A DNA stretch of 64,000 bases. It comes from Nitrospirota bacterium (GTDB taxonomy: Bacteria; Nitrospirota; UBA9217). Positions 30,360-38,005 of this stretch are shown here, in pieces. Position 1 is the first letter of the stretch. Each line of letters opens with the position of its first letter. Where the stretch lies: positions 96,001 through 160,000 of the forward strand of contig CAWBNQ010000003.1 in NCBI GenBank assembly GCA_963790205.1, given 5' to 3'. Below the pieces are notes generated by a model. The model saw nothing but the letters and a program-made list of their open reading frames with translations. It did no database searches and was not told the DNA's origin. Made by a program: the position numbers and the translations under genes.

Positions 30360-31165
30360 GCAAATCCCTTGAGCAACGACTGCAAGATTCAATACTCGAG
30401 TTTGATGAAATGCACCAGATGTTAAACCGGAAACCGGGGGAGGTACATGCAGATGTCGAAAATGTATTACGAAGTTTTGCCAATTTACGTGACGAAGTAG
30501 CTGGTTTGATTGAGCTTATTGAAATTCGTAAGTCGGCTTTTCGCTTTCTAGATTCTCTTGAAAAGAAAGTGGATGCAAATGATAATATTTCTCTCAATGA
30601 CTTATCTCTAAAATATCACCATGTAAGATTAATCGGTGTGCAAGCTTATATTAGTACCAACTGGGCAATTGCTGACAGGATTACTGGAGTGGTCGGACGC
30701 TTACTATGCACTCCGGAGTCAGGCTCTAATGCATTGAGTCTGGCAAAAATGCCGACATTTGTTAAGCGGGATATTGCGAAGAAAGCGACCGCAGCCATTC
30801 TCGTCCAATCCGTTCGGCAAACCTTCGGGTGGCCGGTCGGGCTTTCATACGCAATTCGCAATCACTTTATTCATGACGGAGCTCAAAGTGGAGGAAAGGA
30901 TTTTTTTGAAGGCACGTCTGCGGTATCAGCTTTTCGGATATCTGATGCCGGTTGGAAGCGGATCGAGGAAAAAGCGACAACTGAATATGGCGTTAGCGAC
31001 TCCTGTCATCGTGCAGGAGCAAGATGGCCCGTTGCACCGAAAGATGATCTTCGAGTAACGTTGCAAGTTTTCGAGCAAGAAATGGATGATGCCCTAGGAG
31101 TTCTTTGGGGTTCCGCATGCCACTCATTACTTGGACATGTAGGTTTTATTCTGGGCGAGGACTAA
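30356..31165 (+). CDS. Putative HEPN-domain RNase
   Basis: ATGA overlap with the STAND gene; helical protein with RxxxxH motif (IRNHFIHDG). Confidence 0.6.
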   Translation: MSKSLEQRLQDSILEFDEMHQMLNRKPGEVHADVENVLRSFANLRDEVAGLIELIEIRKSAFRFLDSLEKKVDANDNISLNDLSLKYHHVRLIGVQAYISTNWAIADRITGVVGRLLCTPESGSNALSLAKMPTFVKRDIAKKATAAILVQSVRQTFGWPVGLSYAIRNHFIHDGAQSGGKDFFEGTSAVSAFRISDAGWKRIEEKATTEYGVSDSCHRAGARWPVAPKDDLRVTLQVFEQEMDDALGVLWGSACHSLLGHVGFILGED

Positions 31166-31306
31166 CATGGGGTGTCACTTCCAGGTCAGCTTGGGAGACG
31201 TTGATACTCAGACTACAAAACGATTGATGGAACCGTATAGGGTCGCGTCTTGAATGTTGTTGACAGAGCATAGATGTTGTAAGAACCCTGCACGAGTAAT
31301 TATCTT

Positions 31307-31954
31307 ATGCATGACACTCTTTTCACAATCGGTTATTCAAACCGGTCAAGCGATGATTTAATCGCCCTTCTCAAACAACACAAGATAACCGCGCTTTGTG
31401 ACGTTCGATCCGCGCCCTACAGCAGCCGCAATCCGCAGTTCAACCGTGAGATATTCAAACAATCACTAAAACTTCATAATATCGAGTATGTATTCCTTGG
31501 TGAGGAACTCGGCGCACGGCCAAAAGACCCGTCATGCTACGTCTCGGGGAAGGCAATCTATGAAAAGATTGCAGGAACGACTTTATTTAAAAAAGGCCTG
31601 GAGCGCGTCAAGCTCGGACTTAAGAAAGGCTACACCCTTGCTCTAATGTGTGCAGAGAAAGACCCGATGACGTGTCATCGAACGATATTGGTATGCAGGA
31701 ATCTCCGCGGACAAGGCGTTGATATTCAGCATATCATCGATGATCAAACCATAGAGACGCAAACTGATCTTGAGAAGCGTTTAATTGCACAATTAAAACT
31801 TCATCCCGATATGTTCAAGGACACCGAGCCAAATACGCTCATCGAACGCGCATATGACGTGCAGGGCGACCGGATTGCGTACGTGGAGAAGGGCGAACGG
31901 GAACCGGATGAAATAGCGGCGGATACGGTGAGAGAAGAGAATGAACACTATTAA
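31307..31954 (+). CDS. DUF488 family protein (long form)
   Basis: FTIGYSN, DVRSAPYS, ELGARP, LMCAEKDPMTCHR. Confidence 0.9.
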   Translation: MHDTLFTIGYSNRSSDDLIALLKQHKITALCDVRSAPYSSRNPQFNREIFKQSLKLHNIEYVFLGEELGARPKDPSCYVSGKAIYEKIAGTTLFKKGLERVKLGLKKGYTLALMCAEKDPMTCHRTILVCRNLRGQGVDIQHIIDDQTIETQTDLEKRLIAQLKLHPDMFKDTEPNTLIERAYDVQGDRIAYVEKGEREPDEIAADTVREENEHY

Positions 31955-32387
31955 GATATATACAATCGGATTCACCAAAAAATCAGCAGAGCAATTCTTC
32001 GGCATACTGATCAAAGCCGGTGTTAAGAAGGTCGTTGATGCGCGTTTGAACAATAGTTCCCAGCTTGCAGGCTTTGCGAAAAAGGAAGACTTGAGATATT
32101 TCTTAAAAGCGCTCGGAAATATCGATTATCATCATACGCCGATTATGGCGCCGACCGGAGAAATTCTTACTGAATATAAGAAGAATAAAGGTGACTGGCA
32201 AATTTACGAGAAGAAGTTTCTGGCGCTCATGGAAGAACGGCGGCTTGAGAATGTTGTAAATCCGGCAGAGCTTGATGGGGCATGTTTGCTGTGCAGCGAG
32301 GATTCACCGAAACAATGCCATCGCCGACTTGTGGCCGAATATCTGAAAAGCAAATGGGGTAACGTCGATATAGAACATCTTATTTGA
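31941..32387 (+). CDS. DUF488 family protein (short form)
   Basis: YTIGFTKKSAEQFF, DARLNNSSQLAGFAK, LLCSE....CHRRLVAE. Confidence 0.9.
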   Translation: MNTIKIYTIGFTKKSAEQFFGILIKAGVKKVVDARLNNSSQLAGFAKKEDLRYFLKALGNIDYHHTPIMAPTGEILTEYKKNKGDWQIYEKKFLALMEERRLENVVNPAELDGACLLCSEDSPKQCHRRLVAEYLKSKWGNVDIEHLI

Positions 32388-32401
32388 CAGGGAGGCCTAG
32401 C

Positions 32402-33097
32402 GTGGATATCATCGTTACGGATTTGACGAGATTCGCAAAGGATGATCTGGTTTGCATAGCGGGCATCGACGTAAAATCCAAGCAGTGTATAAGGCCATTG
32501 CCCTATATCAAGAAAGAGGTTTGCAAGAAGCTGAAGATATTGCCGGGCGCGATACTGGAGGCGAATTTTACAAAACCGCCGAATGTTAATAAACCGCATA
32601 CCGAGGATAGGCACTACAATAAACTTTCATTTAAAGGACCATGCACCTCGGATGAATTTGAAAGTATATTGAAAAGCTCGCTTTATCCCTCGATCAACGA
32701 AGGTTTTAACGGCAAAGTGCCTGCTGGCGCCAAGGTGATCCCTCCTGACAGCCCTCCCTCCAGGTCCATTATCACGCTCAAACTGAAACCTACACAAATA
32801 GAGATCGTCAGAAATGCATTTGACGCCAAGAATCTGCGGCTGAACATTCTTGACAATGACGATCGGAAGTATTCCTATTTGTCGATCACCGATCTCGGTT
32901 TCCACAATTCATTCATTTCGAAAAAAACGGATCCCGATGAACTGAACGAATATGTTCAGGGCCAGAAGAAGCTCTACCTCAGAATTGGTTTGGGTCGTCG
33001 ATATAAGAATCCCACGGACGGGCGAGACGGCTTCTGGATTCAGGTGAATGGGATATATACCTTCCCTGAATTCATGACAAAAGTAAGAACGTATTGA
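32402..33097 (+). CDS. Dual OB-fold-like protein associated with DUF488
   Basis: CIAGID...IRP, PHTED, ITD, IGLGR...VNGI; GGAGG RBS before GTG 32402. Confidence 0.6.
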   Translation: MDIIVTDLTRFAKDDLVCIAGIDVKSKQCIRPLPYIKKEVCKKLKILPGAILEANFTKPPNVNKPHTEDRHYNKLSFKGPCTSDEFESILKSSLYPSINEGFNGKVPAGAKVIPPDSPPSRSIITLKLKPTQIEIVRNAFDAKNLRLNILDNDDRKYSYLSITDLGFHNSFISKKTDPDELNEYVQGQKKLYLRIGLGRRYKNPTDGRDGFWIQVNGIYTFPEFMTKVRTY

Positions 33098-33168
33098 AAG
33101 GCGGCGTCATCGTTGATGTCGGGGGACGACTAGGGGCTGTTGTTGAAATTGCGTTGTGTATGCATATC

Positions 33169-33197
33169 AAGGCCGGAGAGAACCCTCTCGGCCTTTT
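33169..33197 (+). terminator. Terminator-like hairpin heading DsbA unit 1 (homologues at 33700-33729 and 34724-34752)
   Basis: AAGGCCGGAGAG-aacc-CTCTCGGCCTTTT. Confidence 0.6.
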
Positions 33198-33287
33198 GTT
33201 TTTCAGCGCCTGTTTTTGGCAGGGCGGGGGAGTGATATTCTTTACTTATCAACAGCAGCCGTCCGGTCGTTTCCGGGGTGATCCAAT

Positions 33288-33701
33288 ATGAATACAACAA
33301 GTGACAAGATGATCGAGATCATCGAATTTACCGATCCTGTCTGTACCTGGTGCTGGGGCAGCGAACCGGTGCTCCGGAAGCTCGAAACCAGGTTCGGCGA
33401 ACAGGTAAAGATCAGCTACATCATGGGCGGGTTGGTCCAGGACATCACGTCATTCTACGACAGTTATAATGACATCGGCGGCGATCCGGACCGTTCCAAT
33501 AAGAATATTGCCAAGCATTGGGTGGATGCGTCGGCACGTCACGGCATGCCGGTAAAGAGCGAGGGCTTCAAGCTCTTTTCCAAAGAACATCCCTCGACGT
33601 ACCCGCAGAACATCGCCTATAAGGCCCACATCTTAGGGTCAGGTCTCTTTTGTTGCATGGAAGCTTGGCGGGGCATCCTTGAATCTGTAGTTATTTTTTA
33701 A
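33288..33701 (+). pseudogene. DsbA/YjbH-like protein copy 1, truncated after about 113 codons
   Basis: FTDPVCTWCWG; homology to copies 2 and 3 stops at 33626, where the transposase left-end sequence begins. Confidence 0.85.
33630..33658 (+). repeat. Copy of the HUH-element left end (29 bp)
   Basis: ATCTTAGGGTCAGGTCTCTTTTGTTGCAT, identical to 34654-34682 and 36067-36095. Confidence 0.95.
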
Positions 33702-33821
33702 GGCCGGAGGGTGTGCTCTCCGGCCTTTTGATTTTCAGAGCCTGCTTTCGGCATGACGGGGGAGTGATATACTTTATTCATCAACGGCAGCCGACTGGTC
33801 GTCTCCGGGGTATGACTCACT

Positions 33822-34706
33822 ATGAATACAACAAGTGACAAGATGATCGAGATCATTGAATTTACCGATCCTGTCTGTACCTGGTGCTGGGGCAGCGAAC
33901 CGGTGCTCCGGAAGCTCGAAACCAGGTTCGGCGAACAGGTAAAGATCAGCTACATCATGGGCGGGTTGGTCCAGGACATCATGTCATTCTATGACAGTTA
34001 TAATGACATCGGCGGCGACCCGGAACGGTCGAACAAAAACATTGCCAAGCATTGGGTGGATGCGTCGGCACGTCACGGCATGCCGGTAAGGAGCGAGGGC
34101 TTCAAGCTCTTTTCCAAAGAACATCCCTCAACGTACCCGCAGAACATCGCGTATAAGGCCGCACAGCTGCAGGACCAGGCGCTCGCAAACAAGTTCCTTC
34201 GGCGTATCCGGGAAGCGTCGGCTGCCGAGGCGAGGCAGACGAACACGACCGAAGTGCTGCTGGAACTGGCATCGGAAACAGGGCTCGATATTGCCCGCTT
34301 CCTCGATGACTTTACCCGTGGTCCGGCGCAAAAGGCCTTTGAGCAGGACCTTGCGATCACGGCCAAATACGGGGCACGCGGGTTTCCTTCATTTTTACTC
34401 AAATATGGGGAGAAAGAAATGGTGATCCGCGGGTACAAGCGGTATGAAGAGTTCAAGGCGCTGATCGGGCATCTGTCGGGCGGAGAAATACAGGAACTAC
34501 CGGTTTCGGCTGATGAAGGGTCCATCATGGCATTTATAATCCGGTATGGTTCCGTGGCGCTGATCGAGATCCGGATGACATTCGACCTCGGCGATGACGA
34601 ACTGAAGACCGTGATCGACTCGCTCTTGAACAAGCAGCTGGTCCAAAAGCGACATCTTAGGGTCAGGTCTCTTTTGTTGCATGGAGGCTTGGCGGGGCAT
34701 CCTTGA
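33822..34706 (+). pseudogene. DsbA/YjbH-like protein copy 2, C-terminally truncated (about 277 codons retained)
   Basis: Homology to copy 3 stops at 34651 (CAAAAGCG|ACATCTTAGGG); lacks the CDPATGVC tail; may still be expressed. Confidence 0.75.
34654..34682 (+). repeat. Copy of the HUH-element left end (29 bp)
   Basis: ATCTTAGGGTCAGGTCTCTTTTGTTGCAT. Confidence 0.95.
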
Positions 34707-34843
34707 ATCTGTAGTTATTTGCTAAGGCCGGAGGGCGCGCTCTCCGGCCTTTGATTTTCAGCACCTGCTTTTGGTAGGGCGGGAGAGTGATATACTTTAT
34801 TTATCAAAGGCAGTTGCTGGCCGTCTCCGGGGTATGATTCACT

Positions 34844-35755
34844 ATGAACAAATTAAGTGACAAGATAATCGAGATCATTGAATTTACCGATCCTGTCTGT
34901 ACCTGGTGCTGGGGCAGCGAACCGGTGCTCCGGAAGCTCGAAACCAGGTTCGGCGAACAGGTAAAGATCAGCTACATCATGGGCGGGTTGGTCCAGGACA
35001 TCACGTCGTTCTATGACAGTTTTAACGACATCGGCGGCGACCCGGACCGGTCGAACAAAAACATTGCCAAGCATTGGGTGGATGCGTCGGCACGTCACGG
35101 CATGCCGGTAAGGAGCGAGGGCTTCAAGCTCTTTTCCAAAGATCATCCCTCAACGTACCCGCAGAACATCGCGTATAAGGCCGCACAGATGCAGGACCAG
35201 GCGCTCGCGAACAAGTTCCTCCGGCGTATCCGGGAAGCGTCGGCTGCCGAGGCGAGGCAGACGAACACGACCGAAGTGCTGCTGGAACTGGCATCGGAAG
35301 TAGGGCTCGATATTGCCCGTTTCCTCGATGACTTTACCCATGGTCCGGCGCAAAGGGCCTTTGAACAGGTCCTCGCGCTCACGGCCAAATACGGGGCGCG
35401 CGGGTTTCCTTCTTTTTTACTGAAATATGGAGAGAAAGAAATGCTGATCCGCGGGTACAAGCGGTATGAAGAGTTCAAGGCGCTGATCGGGCATTTGTCG
35501 GGCGGGGAAATCCAGGAACGTCCGGTTTCCGTGGATGAAGGGTCCATCATGGCATTTATAACCCGGTACGGCTCCGTGGCGGTGATAGAGATCCAGATGA
35601 CCTTCGACCTCGGCGATGATGAACTGAAGACCGTGATCGACTCGCTGCTGGGCAAGCAGCTGATCCAAAAGCGCGAAGCAGGCAACGGTTATTTCATCTC
35701 GGCAAAGGCCAGCGCCGCAGCGTGCGATCCCGCAACCGGCGTGTGTTCGATATAG
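34844..35755 (+). CDS. DsbA/FrnE/YjbH-like thioredoxin-fold protein, copy 3 (full length)
   Basis: CTWC active site, GFPS cis-Pro motif, C-terminal wHTH-like region and CDPATGVC tail. Confidence 0.88.
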   Translation: MNKLSDKIIEIIEFTDPVCTWCWGSEPVLRKLETRFGEQVKISYIMGGLVQDITSFYDSFNDIGGDPDRSNKNIAKHWVDASARHGMPVRSEGFKLFSKDHPSTYPQNIAYKAAQMQDQALANKFLRRIREASAAEARQTNTTEVLLELASEVGLDIARFLDDFTHGPAQRAFEQVLALTAKYGARGFPSFLLKYGEKEMLIRGYKRYEEFKALIGHLSGGEIQERPVSVDEGSIMAFITRYGSVAVIEIQMTFDLGDDELKTVIDSLLGKQLIQKREAGNGYFISAKASAAACDPATGVCSI

Positions 35756-35819
35756 GGTCGGAGCGTGCGCATCCCTCATGGCGTTTGCGGAATGCGTTTG
35801 CTTTTTCGCCGCTGAAGCA

Positions 35820-36000
35820 GTCCCATGCGAAAATTTAGGAGTGCGATTGAGTCCGAGGGTTAAGCATTTCGGATGTCCGAAGACCGCAGGTCAAGTTTCC
35901 GAAATGTACCGAGGACGATTGAGCACGACGTGAAGAATTTTCGCCGGGTGCCCTTCTTTCGGTTACCTTTCTTCGGGCAAGCAAGAAAGGTGACAAAGAG
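35820..36000 (+). repeat. About 180-bp structured non-coding repeat, copy B
   Basis: Collinear with 10425-10602; ends in hairpin GTTACCTTTCTT-cgggcaagc-AAGAAAGGTGAC. Confidence 0.85.
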
Positions 36001-36066
36001 AATGTATGGAATTTTGAGGGGGCCGTCTAACCCACCTCCCCCAACCCTTCCTTGTCAAGGAGGAGA

Positions 36067-36998
36067 ATCTTAGGGTCAGGTCTCTTTTGTTGCATTTTGT
36101 CGTTTTCTCTGCTATCCTTGCCTTATGTCCCGCCCCCTCCGCATAGAATACGCCGGCGCTGTCTACCATGTGACCTCCCGAGGCAACGAGAAGAAGCCGG
36201 TCTTCAAGGATGATCACGACCGGGAAGCGTTCCTCAACACCCTTCGACACGTCAACAAACGGTATAACTGGATCTGCCACGCCTATTGCCTCATGACCAA
36301 TCATTACCACCTGCTCATCGAGACGCCGGAGGGAAATCTGTCCATCGGCATGCGGCAGCTCAACGGTGTGTACACGCAGCTCTTCAATAAGCAACACGGC
36401 AGGAACGGTCACTTGTTCCAAGGCCGCTACAAAGCGATCCTGATCCAGAAGGACAGCCACCTGCTGGAAGTATGCAGATATGTGGTGCTGAATCCGGTGC
36501 GGGCCAATATGGTGGAAGCACCGGAAGCATGGAAATGGTCCAGCTATCTTGCCACGGCGGGAAGGGCGAAGGCGCATCCCTCTCTCACGACGGAGTGGGT
36601 GCTCGGTCAGTTCAGCGGGAAGCAAGGAAAGGCGGAAAGCGAATACCGGCAGTTCGTCAAGTGGGGGATCGGTGAGCAGACGATCTGGACCGCTGTGCGG
36701 GGGCAGGCGCTTCTGGGCGAGGACGACTTTGTCGATACGCTGGTGGACCATCTCCAGAAGAAGAAGGACATCCCCGATATCCCGCGGAGCCAGCGATATG
36801 CAACACGACCGGACCTGCCAAAGCTGCTGCCCGATACAATAAAGAACGATCAGCGGAAGCTGAAGAAAAAGCTGCATGAAGCGGTGGAGAAATACGGTTA
36901 CCATCAGAGCCAGCTTGCGCGGCACCTGGCGGTCCATCGGTCCACGATCAGTCGCTGGCTGCAGGAACAGGAGCGTGCAACAAAAGAGACCTGACCCT
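36067..36998 (+). mobile_element. HUH (Y1/RAYT-like) transposase element bounded by perfect 23-bp inverted repeats
   Basis: AGGGTCAGGTCTCTTTTGTTGCA (36072-36094) and TGCAACAAAAGAGACCTGACCCT (36976-36998); no target-site duplication visible. Confidence 0.9.
36125..36994 (+). CDS. REP-associated-type tyrosine (Y1 HUH) transposase with C-terminal HTH
   Basis: MSRPLRIEY.GAVYHVTSRGN, HUH motif NHYHLL, GHLFQGRY, RYVVLNPVRA, WSSY, HTH (YHQSQLARHL...RSTISR); stop codon lies inside the right IR. Confidence 0.93.
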   Translation: MSRPLRIEYAGAVYHVTSRGNEKKPVFKDDHDREAFLNTLRHVNKRYNWICHAYCLMTNHYHLLIETPEGNLSIGMRQLNGVYTQLFNKQHGRNGHLFQGRYKAILIQKDSHLLEVCRYVVLNPVRANMVEAPEAWKWSSYLATAGRAKAHPSLTTEWVLGQFSGKQGKAESEYRQFVKWGIGEQTIWTAVRGQALLGEDDFVDTLVDHLQKKKDIPDIPRSQRYATRPDLPKLLPDTIKNDQRKLKKKLHEAVEKYGYHQSQLARHLAVHRSTISRWLQEQERATKET

Positions 36999-37009
36999 TG
37001 GAGGGGCGC

Positions 37010-37765
37010 ATGGCGCGAATATTCATAACCGGTTCCGCCGACGGTCTTGGCCTCATGGAGGCGCGGCTGCTGGTCAGCCAGGGCCACCAGGTCGTGCTGC
37101 ATGGACGGAGCCGACAGCGGGCAGATGAGGCGCTTTCCAAGGTCCCTGGTGCGCTCTCCGCGGTTGCGGGCGATCTGGCAAGCATCGCGGAAACGAAGTC
37201 CCTTGCGGACCGGGTGAACGAGCTGGGTCCTTTCGATGCCGTGATCCATAATGCAGGCGTCTATCTCGTGCCCCATGGCAGCCGGACCGTCGACGGCCTG
37301 CCGCAGATCTTTGCCGTGAACTCCCTGGCCCCCTATATCCTGACCTGCCTGATCAAGCGGCCGAAGCGCCTGATCTACACGAGCTCTGGTCTCCATCGAA
37401 GCGGCGATGCGAGCTTGAACGACCTGACGCGGGATGCATCGAGCGCCTACGCGGATTCGAAGCTGCACAACGTCATCCTTGCCTTTGCCGTTGCCCGCAA
37501 ATGGCCCGACGTACTGTCCAATGCAGTGGACCCCGGCTGGGCAGCAACGAAGATGGGGGGGCGGGGAGCCCCGGTCAGTGTCGAGGAAGGGGCGCGGACG
37601 CAGGTGTGGCTGGCAGCGAGCCGGGACAAGGAAGCCCTGGTCTCGGGAAGATATTTCCATCATCTACAACCCGGGAGCTGTCACCCGGCTGCGGCGGATC
37701 GCGTGGTGCAGGAAAAGTATTTTTCAGAATGCGCCCGCTTGTCCGGGATCGCGTTCCCTGATTAG
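37010..37765 (+). CDS. SDR family NAD(P)-dependent oxidoreductase
   Basis: ITGSADGLG, HNAG, YADSK, VDPGW. Confidence 0.92.
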   Translation: MARIFITGSADGLGLMEARLLVSQGHQVVLHGRSRQRADEALSKVPGALSAVAGDLASIAETKSLADRVNELGPFDAVIHNAGVYLVPHGSRTVDGLPQIFAVNSLAPYILTCLIKRPKRLIYTSSGLHRSGDASLNDLTRDASSAYADSKLHNVILAFAVARKWPDVLSNAVDPGWAATKMGGRGAPVSVEEGARTQVWLAASRDKEALVSGRYFHHLQPGSCHPAAADRVVQEKYFSECARLSGIAFPD

Positions 37766-38005
37766 GGGGGAAATCTCACCGGGAACGTTGGTCAACCACT
37801 TTAGCCCTCTCCCAAAAGGGAGAGAGTTGGGTGAGGGGGGACTTTCCCGGGTGTAACAATATTTACTTCGTTCGTATCAGACCCAGGCGTCCGCCCCGAG
37901 ACGGACGATCCCACAAAATACTCCGCTTTACTTTTTCCCGGCAATTGTGCATAATACAAATCCATTACTCATTAACGGACCGGTAAGGTTATCAGGAGGT
38001 TTCCC

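Noticed and set aside
33094..33291. 65-aa ORF between the dual-OB gene and dsbA copy 1
   Set aside because: Spans the hairpin and leader, which are non-coding in the other two units.
33288..35755. Mosaicism or gene conversion among dsbA copies
   Set aside because: With three sequences, two-versus-one patterns arise from independent mutation; an outgroup is needed.
33630..36095. Three identical 29-bp direct repeats as a CRISPR array
   Set aside because: Spacing is over 1 kb and contains genes, there are no cas genes, and the repeat is the transposase end.
26100..37800. Island as a prophage or ICE
   Set aside because: No integrase, structural or conjugation genes, and no att direct repeats seen.
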